A stretch of DNA of 64,000 nt, taken from the NCBI RefSeq assembly GCF_963921235.1, contig NC_086107.1, positions 115,322,001-115,386,000 of the forward strand, in the 5' to 3' direction. The notes beneath the pieces were generated by a model that was given only the letters and a program-made list of their open reading frames with translations, searched no databases and was not told where the DNA came from. The DNA comes from Mobula hypostoma (lineage: Eukaryota). Made by a program: the position numbers and the translations under genes. Of this stretch, positions 12,131 to 25,118 are shown one piece after another. The stretch's first letter is position 1; every line of letters begins with the position of its first letter.

Positions 12131-12570
12131 GTAAGTGTTTAGAACAAACAAAAGTTTATTTTAAAAAATCTGTGTTAAATATTATAAGTTACTAACATAA
12201 ATTACGTTCTAATATACCAATGGCGCGGTTTTCATGGGTCGCCGGACAGCTCGGAAGTCTGACGGAGAGGGGAAGATGCTGTTGTTAAATCTTTGAGCGT
12301 GGTTTTTCAGGCTGCCAGTGACGGTAAGACGGAATATCTCGGGTGGTGGGGAACTTTAGTAATGAATTAAGCTTCCTTGAGTGATAGATACCGGCTGGCG
12401 GCTGCCTGTATTTCATGCCAGCCATTCGCTGCACACACTACTTCTTCTGCCCTGAAGCAGGGCAGGTTGGGCAGATAAGCAGCCACGCACCATTTCCGAT
12501 CTTTAGCCGTGTTCAGACGTAGAGAATGTTTTCACTGATGTCCCTTGTCTGTTCTCTTCTGTTTCTCCAG

Positions 12571-13544
12571 TGAATTTAGTTGCGATTGTGATTCTGTCCC
12601 AGGGAAACTGCGGTCTCGCCACTTGCACCACTCACTACCTCGTGGCCATGGCAGTGGCCGATCTACTGGTCATTATCATTGAGGTCATTTTATTTCAAAT
12701 CAATTATCTTTACTCGCCGTGGTCTTTACTGAACGTCACGCCAGCGTGCAGAGTTATTAATGCACTGACGTTTACATCAAGAAATTGTTCCGTCTGGTTC
12801 ACCGTCACCTTCACCGTTGATCGCTTCATCGCAATTTGTTGCCAAAAGCTGCGGACCAAGTATTGCACCGAGAAAACTGCGGCTACGGTTTTAGCAACAA
12901 CCAGTATTCTGCTCTGTCTGAAAAATGCTCCCTTCTACTTCACATACGAACCCGCAAAGATCATCGACAACGTAACGTGGGGCTGTTCAGTCAAGGACTC
13001 CTATTACACTGACCCAGGGTGGGTGGCGTTTGACTGGTTCAGCAGGGTTCTAACTCCGTTAATCCCTTTCGCCGTAATCCTGCTGCTCAACGCTCTGACG
13101 GTCAGGCGCATCTTAGTGGCCAGTCGAGTCCGCAAAGGGCTGAGGGGTCAGAGCGAGGGGAGGAAACTCGGTGACCCGGAGATGGAGAGCAGGAGGAGGT
13201 CCGTGGTTTTACTCCTCACGCTCTCCTTCAGCTTCATCCTACTATGGCTGACGATTGTGGTAGAGTTCGTCTATTATCAAATCACAGGAAATGCAGCAGG
13301 TCGGAATGATTCGGAAACGATCTTTCATTTTGTTGGCTACATGCTGAGTAACGTTAGCTGCTGCACCAACACGTTCGTTTATGCGGTGACTCAGGCGAAG
13401 TTTAGGGAGCAGGTGACGAACGCGGTGAAATATCCGGTCAACTGTGTGCTGCCGTTTATTATAACGTTGCGCACTAAGCGAATCCCATCAGTTCTGTTGA
13501 TGAACTCGAAAGACTACGGACCGAATCAATTTCGCCTTTCTTGA
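12571..13544 (+). CDS. GPR139-like class A (rhodopsin-like) 7TM GPCR, exon 2; spliced product 346 aa
   Basis: Acceptor ttctccAG at 12569-12570, 440-nt phase-1 intron; GVPVN (TM1), AVADLL (TM2), DRF (TM3), ECL2 Cys, TM7 CTNTFVY, helix 8 KFREQ; no internal stops. Confidence 0.9.
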
Positions 13545-14424
13545 CCGGACAGTATCAATCAGACAACAGTAGCAGTCAGAACTGTGATTGAGGTCCCTGC
13601 AGATTCTTTCATGCAAATCTGAAATGAATCCATGTTTTCTCCGCGAACTTCTATGTAGCGAGGAAGAGTGCGACAATGGTTTCATGCATCTACACCCTCC
13701 CCTCTTTATTTCTCAGCCTGCGTCTGTCGAGGTGCCGCGATTACCTTTGTCACCCTTTTCATTTTCTGTACAACGGCAGCAACCGCACCTGCCGGATTCA
13801 TATAAACGGCAGCTTTCTCTCAGAAGCAATTGTTGCACTTTATGCTCCGCGATTAAATCTTCCGCAGTTGAGCCCTGATAGGCTTCTGTCCTTTAGTCTA
13901 ACGGTAGACTTAACTATGCGCAACTTTTCCATTCAGCACCTGTTGTGATAGAGTGGTTAAGCTATAGGAAATAGATTTTACGGGTCGGTTAAGGAACAAA
14001 ATCGTCAAAGGGATGTAACTGTTCCGGAATCTGATGGTGTGGGACCTCCTGCCGTGAATGAATGCCTCAGCTCGAATGGCGGGTAGCTTTGATGATGGGT
14101 GCTGCTTTTTTCTGGGGGGGGGGGCAGCGCCTTCTGTAGAAACAGCCAGTGGTGGGGAGGGATCCGATGTGCCCGTGATGCACTGAGCTACACTCTTCAG
14201 TATCTCACGTTCCACTACAATCGAATTTTATTTTATTTTCTCATAATACAGGGTGGAGTATTCCCTTCGAGCCACGTCACGAAACCCCCGACGATCCCGA
14301 TTAACTCTAACTTAATCATGTAACAACTTACAACGGCCGATCAAACTGCCAGTGCGTCTTTAGACCGTGGAATGAAGCCGGAGCTCCCGGAAATTTTACC
14401 CCACAATGACGCAGTCAGTCCGCA

Positions 14425-14863
14425 CCCGGGAATTGTACCAACAGAATCAACAAACTCATTCGTAAGGCCAGTGATGTTGTGGGGATGGAACTGGACTCTC
14501 TCACGGTGGTGTCTGAAAAGAGGATGCTGTCTAAGTTGCATGCCATCTTGGACAATGTCTCCCATCCACTACATAATGTACTGGGTGGGCACAGGAGTAC
14601 ATTCAGCCAGAGACTCATTCCACCGAGATGCAACACAGAGTGTCATAGGAAGTCATTCCTGCCTGTGGCCATCAAACTTTATAACTCCTCCCTTGGAGGG
14701 TCAGACACCCTGCGCCAATAGGCTGGTCCTGCACTTATTCCCTGGCATAATTTAGATATTACTATTTAATATTTTTGGTTTTATTACTATTTAATTATTT
14801 ATGGTGCAACTGTAACGAAAACCAATTTCCCCCGGAATCAATAGAGTATGACTATGACTATGA
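14425..14863 (+). mobile_element. Rex1/Babar-type LINE 3' fragment
   Basis: Same C-terminal peptide and (CTATGA)n tail as 11345-11749; 19-bp TSD atgacgcagtc(a/g)gtccgca at 14406-14424 and 14860-14878. Confidence 0.8.
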
Positions 14864-15725
14864 CGCAGTCGGTCCGCATTCTTAAAGGCAGGAACTAGGA
14901 ACAGTTAAGTGGGAATAGCTGTAGTTGGGCAAGTCTATGCGTTACATGTGCAGGTTATTGAAAGACAAACTGCACACAATACAATAGAATATGTTCCAAA
15001 ACAATAGCAATGACAAGGATGACGAGGTAAGGGAAGTTTGAATGCCGAAAGAGGTAGTGAATATAGTCGTAGTGTAATAGGTTACAACAGTACTGACGCA
15101 GGACGTTCGGCCCACTTAGTCCGTTCCAACCTGTGCACTCCCAGTCCCATCTGCCTATTACCTGACCATAGCCCTCCACGCCCTTCTGATTCTTGTATCT
15201 TTCGACACTTCTCCAAATTTTGCAATTAACTCCGCATCCGCCACTTCCACTGGCAGCTTATTCTACAATCGCATCACTCTCGGAGTTAAGAAGATTCCCC
15301 TCAGAGCCCACTCAAATATTTCGCTCTTCACCCTGAACCTATGACGTCTAATTCTCGCCCGATCCAGTCTCTGGCGGAGAAGCCTCCGTGTATTTAGCAC
15401 GTGTTGCTGCAGCCAAACCAAACCAAACCAAAACCAAAACATGAACAATTCCTGCTCCCGGCGACACCACGGATTGGTTATACCTGCATAATAGCCCTCA
15501 CTCAATAATGACTGCTCCAAAAGTCCGTGATATCTATATCAATCCTGATTAACAATTAGCAAGCGAACAATCTTGGCGCAATGAAATGTAAGCGTATCGT
15601 ACTGTAAGCTAAGCGTAATTAAGCTTTATATTCCGACATTGAGTGTTAGCAAAGGATATGAAACCCGCCGATCCCAAACTACAAACTGCCTAGAACAAAG
15701 CATGAATATTTATTTAAAATATTTA

Positions 15726-15985
15726 TTTAAAAGACCCAGCACTGCCTCTTTTGTTCTCCCAAAAATGCCGAAAAATATTTGAGTGATTCGTAATTATCTT
15801 ACTATTGCCTACGTCATTCCTCCTCATTAAGTACTGATGCAAAGCAGCCTTCACGATATTATTTTATATAAACTTATTTCCTTCGCTTTTACAACGGCCT
15901 CACTGACTAGCTACCATAATGAACATTTATAAACGCGCAACACAGAATGCAATGCAGATAAACGATAGCCGCTTGGCTCCTATAC

Positions 15986-16033
<48 letters not shown>

Positions 16034-16429
16034 CATCTACATATATATACACCCCACAAGAAAAAAGGAACTCGAGGTAAGGTTTTGGAATTTTAAATCC
16101 AAGGAGCCCTTAAAGATTATAAATAAGCTAGAAAATACTGTTTATCAAAAAGGGAATCAGAACAGCCAGAGGGTACCTGTAAAGTTGTTGACAACCCGAA
16201 TTAAATAAAATCAAAATTAATTCCATACATATAGCAAGAACAAACACAGAGCTAGCGATAGAGGGTAGGATAAAGCATGTGCTTGGAGATGGACAAAGTC
16301 CCGAAGACTGCTTTGCATCAGCACTTAATGAGGAGGAATGACGTAGGCAATAGTAAGATAATTGCGAATCACTCAAATACGTTTCGGCATTTTTGGGATA
16401 ACAAAAGAGGCAGTGCTGGGCCTTTTAAA
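15726..16429. repeat. inverted repeat with arms of about 127 bp (15726-15852 and 16303-16429) around a (CA)n/(TA)n microsatellite
   Basis: Arms are reverse complements with only a handful of mismatches. Confidence 0.8.
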
Positions 16430-17089
16430 GAATATTAAGGTGGAGTGATCCACAGCGGCTAATGGGGTATACCCCAGGCGATTGAGAGATGCAAGGTATC
16501 ATTTTGCTGCAGCTTTGACCAAATTCTTCTTTTCTGCTCTAGCTGCAGGTGAGAACTCAAAGGACGAACGAGTATTCAGTTTTATATTACAGTATTCAAG
16601 AATAGAAATAGGGATGAGCCTGAAATGTATAGACTGGTCAACGGCGAGGATGTCACTGGAGAGGATTTTTAGAGGTACAGAGATCTAAGCCCATGGACTA
16701 ATTAGGGCACTCGAGATGGCTTACTAACTGGATCGTGTTACTTTGTTGAAGTGAATGATGTTTACGCGCCCGGTGTGAGGGTGATACTGGAACTAGAGCA
16801 TGTAGACTAGCGAACATAGTAGAGAAACAAAAACCGATTGTAGTAAAAAGTAGCAGGCGATCTGCATGTATTAATTACAAACAAGAGAAAATCTGCAGAC
16901 GCTGAAAATCCGAGCAACACACACAAAATTCCGGAGGAACTCTGATAGTAGTATAAATTTACTGACACTCTCCACCTACGTTTCTGTGATAAGGGTTTGC
17001 TCATGAACCTCCGGGTTCTTCCTCCTGCAGTCATTAACCAACTCTTTGGTTTTGCTAACGCAGAGTGAAAATACGTTGTCCTGGCATCA

Positions 17090-18780
17090 TTCAAACTCCC
17101 TCCTATATACCGATTCGCCACCCCCCTCCCCTGCTCCTATCACTCTTCAAGTCCATGGTAAAGTCTAGCGAGTTGCTGTCACTGTCTCCGTAATGGTCAC
17201 ACAGCAAGAGATCTGACTCCTGCCCAGCTTGATTTCCTAGCACCATATCCAGGATCGCTTCTCCTCTAGTCTCCCTATCGACGTATTGTGTCAGAAGTAC
17301 CTCCCGGTCACATCTAAGTAATTGTACTACGGACGTGCAAATCAATATTAGGGAAGTTGATGTGATACAGCACTTTTCTAGAACCTGTCCCAGTTCTGCT
17401 TCTGCCAGTCCCTGGTGATATTGGGGGAAGCGATGGAGTCTGTGGAATAATCCCAATAAGTGCTTGCTCCCTTGCCGCTTCTGGCTTCCAGCTAAACAGA
17501 CTCAGTAGGCAATCCATCCACGACTTCCTTCCATTCTGCAGAGGTGATGCTCACCCTGATTTCCAGTGCTAATACCCCGCATTGAACCCCCACCCCGTCC
17601 TATTCGAAACATCGAAAGCCCGGTGTATCCAGCAGCCGTTCCTGACGTTGTGTTGTTCATGTCTCTGCAATGGCGACAGTCATTGTTACATGTATTGACC
17701 CATGTTCTACGTCTATCACCTTGTTCGCAGTTTTCATTGCGTTAAAATAGACATGCTTTTACCTAACCACTCCCCCCTCCCCCAGCTGCTATTTTAACTG
17801 CCTACGCTTCCCCACGGTCGCTCTGCGCTCTTCATCTGTCTCTATAGAAACAGCCACATCTTCCGTCCGACCTTCGTGGTTCTAATCCCTCTGCCAAATT
17901 TATTTAAACCCCGCCCAGCTGCTCTGAAAACCCTGCCTGTAAGAATGTTGGCCCTCTGAAATCCAAGCGTACCCACTCCCTCTTTTCACAAGTGACACAT
18001 TTCCTAGCGAGTCTCCCAAAGATCCAGAATTCTGAAACCTTGTCCACTCAACGAATTCCTCAGCCACACATTCACCTGTCAAGACATCCTATTCTTGCCT
18101 TCAGTGGCGAGTGGAAAACACAGCGATCCAGGGATTTCAACTTCCTGCCCTGCTCTCCATATTCTCTGTTCAGGACATCTTCCCTCTTCCCAGCTATTTC
18201 GTTGGAACAAATATGATCCATGACATCTGGCCACTCGCACTCCCAGTAAGATTGACGTGGAACCAATCAGGGACTTCGCTGACCTTGGGACCTGGAAGGC
18301 AAATCCCATTGGGAGATTCATTAATCTTCACAGAACCTCGAATCCGCAAAACTAATTATTGTCACCCCTGTCTCCACTGTGCTCCTGTCACCCCCCCGCC
18401 CCTCCTTCCGACTGAGCCACAGGTTCGGACTTAGAGCCAGAGATCTGATCACTGAGGCTTTGTCGGCCCCAGCGGTGTCCAAAGCGGTACCCCTGCTATT
18501 GAAGGGAACGGGCACGGTTGGGTTCTGCACTATTTGTCGGTTCCTTTCCCTTTCTTGACAGCCACCCAGCTTCCTCCCTTTTGAAACTTAGGCGTGATTA
18601 CCTTTGCGCAGCTCTTACCTTTCACATCTTAAATTCCCCAGATCATCCAGCTGCACGTCTAGTTCCCCAAGTCGTCCTAGAACCAGCTGCGGCTGGATGC
18701 ACTTCACGCACGTGTCGTTATCAGGATGATTGGAGGCTCCGAGATCTCCCACGTAAGGCAGGACGAAGACACCACTGACC
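17090..18780 (-). mobile_element. degenerate CR1 LINE (esterase ORF1 and endonuclease remnants)
   Basis: LLTQYVDRETRGEAILDMVLGNQAG and EDVLNREYGEQGRKLK remnants with many stops and frameshifts; ends approximate. Confidence 0.65.
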
Positions 18781-19789
18781 CTGGACCCATTTCCACCAGT
18801 CTGGCAGACAAATAACTGACAGTTCGCATCATTTCAAAATTACTGGAAAGTTCCCAATGTCCCCACTCTCATTCTAAATTTCGCGCATACGCATCTCGTG
18901 CAAGTTACTGATCGCCATATCTCGTCGCTCACTGTTTATTGGAATGTTTCCAGGACCCGGGTGCCGAAATTACATGGAGAGGTTTCCTTACAAGGAACGC
19001 ATGAGATTGAAGGGTGACCTAACAGAGCTGTGTAAGGTCAAGAGGGCAAAGGAGAGAAAGTGTATAGCTTTTTTTCCCAATAAGGAGATTGCTGAATCAA
19101 AAGGGCATTGAAATAATATCGGTGTCGAGAAGTTTAAATGCGGCATCTTCAGACAAAGTGCGTTGCGCATTAGGAATGAGATGACAAAAATAATGGGTGA
19201 GGCATCTAGAGAACACATAGACAGGAGAGGGACATTCCCAAACGTGACAGATGAGACTAGCTTGCTGTGCAAAACACAATTGAGACAGACCAGTTGAGCC
19301 GAAGTGTCTGTTTCCAAGCGTGGTGGCTCTAGGAATGTAAACCTCCCAGACTCGGGTTATGAGTGGTACTAATTCTCTGAAATGATATCCTTCAAAGTGT
19401 TTACTTCAAAGGCAAGCTGTTACCTTGTCCCTCATTTCTTAAAGCAACTTTCTTAAACTTACTGATTGAATCGGAGCCACACTGCAATGATTCAGCACTT
19501 AGCCTCTGGACGTCAGAACGAGAACACGACAGGTGGAAAAGGTGAGTGTGTTTTCACAGCCGAGAAGAAAACTGGTCTCCTGCATCGAGAGAAAGTGACT
19601 GACTCCGCGCAGAGAGAGCAGCGGGAGGAGTAATCAGCAGAGGCACGATGAGGATTGATTGAGATATTTAATGAAATTCATTTCCGATAGAGGGTGCTCT
19701 CAACTCCTGTTCAACACTGGAAATCCTGTCATCATATATGTGCAGGGGAAATGACCGCAGAATCTCTTAAGATGAAAATGAAAGTTATG

Positions 19790-20915
19790 GGGTAAGGTAT
19801 TGGTGTGGGTGGAGAATTGGTTAGTAGACAGGAAGCAAAGAGTGGGAATAAACGGGACCTTTTCAGAATGGCAGGCGGTGACTAGTGGGGTACCGCAAGG
19901 CTCAGTGCTGGGACCCCAGTTGTTTACAATATATATTAATGACTTGGATGAGGGAATTAAATGCAGCATCTCCAAGTTTGCGGATGACACGAAGCTGGGT
20001 GGCAGTGTTAGCTGTGAGGAGGATGCTAAGAGGATGCAGGGTGACTTGGATAGGTTGGGTGAGTGGGCAAATTCATGGCAGATGCAATTTAATGTGGATA
20101 AATGTGAAGTTATTCACTTTGGTGGCAAAAATAGGAAAACAGATTATTATCTGAATGGTGGCCGATTAGGAAAAGGGGAGGTGCTACGAGACCTGGGTGT
20201 CATTATACACCAGTCATTGAAAGTGGGCATGCAGGTACAGCAGGCGGTGAAAAAGGCGAACGGTATGCTGGCATTTATAGCGAGAGGATTCGAGTACAGG
20301 AGCAGGGAGGTACTACTGCAGTTGTACAAGGCCTTGGTGAGACCACACCTGGAGTATTGTGTGCAGTTTTGGTCCCCTAATCTGAGGAAAGACATCTTTG
20401 CCATAGAGGGAGTACAAAGAAGGTTCACCAGATTGATTCCTGGGATGGCAGGACTTTCATATGAAGAAAGACTAGATGAATTGGGCTTGTACTCGTTGGA
20501 ATTTAGAAGATTGAGGGGGGATCTGATTGAAACGTATAAGATCCTAAAGGGATTGGACAGGCTAGATGCAGGAAGATTGTTCCCGATGTTGGGGAAGTCC
20601 AGAACGAGGGGTCACAGTTTGAGGATAGACGGGAAGCCTTTTAGGACCGAGATTAGGAAAAACTTCTTCACACAGAGAGTGGTGAATCTGTGGAATTCTC
20701 TGCCAAAGGAAACAGTTGAGGCCAGTTCATTGGCTATATTTAAGAGGGAGTTAGATATGGCCCTTGTGGCTACGGGGGTCAGGGGGTATGGAGGGAAGGC
20801 TGGGGCGGGGTTCTGAGTTGGATGATCAGCCATGATCATAATAAATGGCGGTGCAGGCTCGAAGGGCCGAATGGCCTACTCCTGCACCTATTTTCTATGT
20901 TTCTATGTTTCTATG
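19790..20915 (+). mobile_element. CR1 LINE, 5'-truncated (RT C-terminal part)
   Basis: ORF 19800-20816 with [10 protein letters not shown] and KFADD; (TTCTATGT)3 tail; tatg at both junctions; same family as 41923-46445. Confidence 0.9.
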
Positions 20916-23517
20916 ATCACAGCTAAGGGGATTGTCCGGTTGATTGGCCTGCCCTTGTTCCCGTGTTGACCAGCCTCATGATTCCACGTCACAGCACTGG
21001 GGTTTTCACTGTACCCATTTCAGACTACTTGTGTGCCAGTATCAGGGCCAAAATTTACCCTGCACCACAGGGTGACCTTTGAGCTGGAGAGGAAGCATCT
21101 GATGGCACGGGGGGTGGGGGTGGGGAGGGGGGTGCTTGGTCGGGTTCCTGCTCTACTGAGGGATTTTAACCTCGTAGGTGGTTCTTATCATCGTTGTACG
21201 TGTGGGAAAGTTTGTCAGCTCAAGGAAACAGATTCTGAATCTTTAGTACACACAACTAAATATCTGTTATGCAGAACTTGCAAAGTAAATTCATGTAATC
21301 TGCTCCCACAATTTCCCTTTTATATCTCTTATATTTCATACTTTCCCCCATCCACTGAATTTGCTCATCACTGACACAGTCCCCTCACTTGTCCTTTTCC
21401 CCATTGTACTCTGCGATCCTAACCACTACCCTTACTTAGTTCCAAGCTCCAAGCTCCTGTCCTATCAGATTGCATCATCTGCAGTAGTTTGTCACCTCCA
21501 GCTGTCACAGCACAGATTCTGTCCCTACTTGCAATTTTACACCTTCCACCTGCATATCATCTCTCCTCATCTGGATCCACCCATCCCCTGCCAGCCCTTC
21601 CTTCATATCTTCTCTCCACCACTTTATGCTGCCTACCTCCCTCGATTTTCCGTCGAAGCGAAACGTAGATAGGCCAATTCCTCCCACAACACTGACTGGA
21701 CAAAGGTTCCTCCTGTGGCTCGTGCTTTCCTCAACAGAATACATGTATCACACATTTCTAAATCGGAATAGAAGGTGCACCGAAAAGAGTTACCAGGATG
21801 TTGATTGGATCTGGGAGCCTCGGTTACGAGGAGAAGTTGGACAGAATAGGACTGGAAAGTCCCTGGAAAGCATGAAATTGAGTTGACTCGAGACCACTGC
21901 TGTGCAGCAGTACTGAAGAGGAGGGATCATCCCAGTGAATAATGAGGAGGAAAGCACACTCTTCCACACCTTTCCTCATTCTTACGTCATCGGCTACGTA
22001 ATGGGACCCTCCGTCATGTCCTCCGACCACCCTACAGGGCGTATCCACGGTTTCAACGATTCTCTCATTGATGGTCTGCCACCTCTCATGAAGGTCGCGC
22101 AAAATCTAGGCAATAACTCTTTCAAGGTCTAGCGAGCGGCATCTCAGAGCAGGTCTGCAGAGAGGCCTGTGGGGGGAAGATGCGCAGCCCTCAGAAGTAG
22201 AATAAGACACACTATCAGGGTAGCAATCTCATGATTACTGCCCGTGGCAGGCGACAGTGAGTATAGGAATAGAGTGAGGTGGGGATAAATGAGTGGCTGA
22301 GAGACTGACGCAGGGGGCAGGGATTCAGATTTCTGGATCATTGGGACCTCTTTTGGGGCAGGCGTGACCTGTGCATTAAGGATGATTTGCACTTGAATCC
22401 GAGGTGGATCAATATCCTGGCAATGAGATTTGCAAAGGCTACTGGGGAGAGTTTAAACTAGAATTGCTGGGGGGTGGGAACAGAACTGAACAGACGGAGG
22501 AAGGGGCGGTTGGCTCATAAATAGAGAAAGATTGTAGGCAGTGTGAGAGGGAGGATAGGCAAGTACATAGAACATAGAGTATAGAAAACCTACAGCACAA
22601 TACAGGCCCTTCGGCCCACAAAGCTGTGCCGAACATGTCCTTACCTTAGAAATTACCTAGGGTTACCTATAGCCCTCTATTTTTCTAAGTTCCATGTACC
22701 TGTCCAGGAGTCTCTTAAAAGACCCTATTGTATCTGCCTCCACCACCGTTGCCGGCAGCCCATTCCATGCACTCACTACTCTCTGCGTAAAAAACTTACC
22801 TCTGACATCTCCTCTGTACCTACTTCCAAGCACCTTAAAACTATGCCCTCTCATGCTAGCCATTTCAGCCCTGGGAAAAAGCCTCTGACTATCCACATGA
22901 TCAATGCCTCTCATCATCTTATACACCTCTATCAGGCCACCTCTCACCCTCCATCACTCCAAGGAGAAAAGGCCGAGATCACGTAACCTATTCTCATAAG
23001 GCATGCTCCCCAATCCAGGCAACATCCTTGTAAATCTCCTCTGCACCTATAGTTTCCACATCCTTCCTGTAGTGAGGCGACCAGAATTGAGCACAGTACT
23101 CCAAATGGGGTCTGACCAGGGTCCAATATAGCTGCAACATTACCTCTCGGCTCTTAAACTCAATCCCACGATTGATGAAAGCCAATGCACCGTATGCCTT
23201 CTTAACCACAGAGTGAACCTGCGCAGCATCTTTTAGTGTCCTATGGACTCGGACCTTAAGATCCCTCTGATCCTCCACACTGCTGAGAGTCTTACCATTA
23301 ATACTATATTCTGCTATCATATTTGACCTACCAAAGTGAACCACCTCAAACTTATCTGGGTTGAACTCCGTCTGCCACTTCTCAGCCCAGTTTTGCATCC
23401 TATCAATGTCCCGCTGTAACCTCTGACTGGCCTCCACACTATCCACAACAACCCCAACCTTTGTGTCATCAGCAAAGGTACTAACCCATCCCTCCGCTTC
23501 CTCATCCAGGTCATTTA

Positions 23518-24605
23518 TGTCATAAGGGGGGCGTTGGGAGCGGACCCAAAGACAAGACACTGACACCGAAGTACTAGGAACTGGACTGGACTAGAGTTAG
23601 GGACGGGACAGGACACAGACTAGGAGCTGGGACAGGAACACAGACTTGGGCTAGGACTTTGGCAAGGAAAGCGAGACCAGGACAAGGAACTGGGAACTAG
23701 GAGCCTGGGCTTGGACTCCGAGTAGAGACTGGACAAGGACCCAAAACCTGGGTCTTGACTCAGGCTCGGACCCTGGAACTAGGCGAGGACATGACTTAGC
23801 TACAGGACTGGACATGGCTTAGGTTCTTCGAGGCTTGGCTACAGGACTAGACGACGCTTGGGTTCTTCGACGAGGGAATTCCTGGACAGGACGAGGGCAC
23901 CCCAGCACAGGGCTAGGCGAGGTACTCCTGGGCTGGGCGAGGCACATGGACAGGACGAGAACACGAAGCCTTGACTCGATCTTGGGACACCTGAACACGG
24001 AACCTTGCCCTAGGGAGATTGGAACACAGAGGCTTGGACGTGGGGGACTGAAACACAGAGCCTTGGTCTTGGGAGAGACAGGAACACAGAGACATGGAAC
24101 ACAGAGCCGGGAACCCTCCTTGGGAACAGGACTTGGGGCCGGGGCTCTACACAGAGACAGGATCCCTCCTAGGGAGCAGGACGTAGGGCCGGGACTCGTA
24201 CACAGAACACTGAGAGATAGTTCTGCACTCAAGGTAGCGGCTAACGGCTGGACCTACCCAGCAGAGGCGAGGACACAAAGAGACATTTCCAAACAACGAT
24301 AGACAGTTCCTTATCTTGACACAGCAGGGCTCCGATCTTGCTCTGGCAGTAGAACTTGACAGTGATAAAGGGGAGGACGCAGGCGAAGTTGCAGGCAAGG
24401 CTTCAGGCAAAGGTTGCAGGCAAGGCTTCAGAGGGAAGGGAACAGTCCAGCCGCCATAGTCTGAATCCTGAAGCTATTTATGAAGCCAGCCCAAACGAGA
24501 ATCAGATGCCTCAACGGAAACCGGGGGAAACGGGAAAACCTGGAATAAGGAACAATGGACCGGACCGTGAACCGGAATGCGGACTTCACGGACCGGACCA
24601 TGACA
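23518..24605. mobile_element. solo LTR (1088 bp) with internal short tandem repeats
   Basis: TGTCAT...ATGACA termini, perfect 5-bp TSD attta (23513-23517 and 24606-24610); splits the CR1 RT codons exactly. Confidence 0.85.
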
Positions 24606-24742
24606 ATTTATAAAAATCATGAAGAGTAAGGGTCCCAGAACAGATCCCTGTGGCACACCACTGGTCACCGACCTCCATGTAGAATATGACCCGTCTACAA
24701 CCACTCTTTGCCTCCTGTGGGCAAGCCAGTTCTGGACCCACA

Positions 24743-25118
24743 TGGTTACGTTTGGCTGTTCCTCTTTAACCCTCCTTTCTCCCTGATTATGCCCTAATTT
24801 CAGTCATTAGATATCCAATTGCTGCTACACCTAATCACACTACGCCTGGTTTTCATCAGAGACTGTGAAATCAGTACGATGGCTTCTCTTTCTCAGGTTG
24901 CCAGTTTGTTGGTTTATTCTCGTGTGATACCTCGTTCTCTTGTCCGCTTAGAACCGTTAGTTCTAAGTTTAGTTCCAAGTTCTGCTCTAGTTTCAAGATA
25001 GTCCCTGTAGATCCCGTCTCCTTGTCAACATTCCTCCGGTTTGCTGTTCTATGTACACGTCTCCGCCTGCATCCCCAACTCAGTCGACTTGGGTTCTCCT
25101 CAGTCGCCCCGTGCAACA
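24743..25118. mobile_element. probable solo LTR nested in CR1
   Basis: Non-CR1 sequence between contiguous CR1 RT segments; degenerate (T)GTTACG...CGTGCAACA ends; TSD unclear. Confidence 0.5.

Noticed and set aside
12064..13544. Assigning the symbol GPR139
   Set aside because: Multiple divergent paralogs and a different TM7 motif indicate a related expanded family; orthology needs a phylogeny
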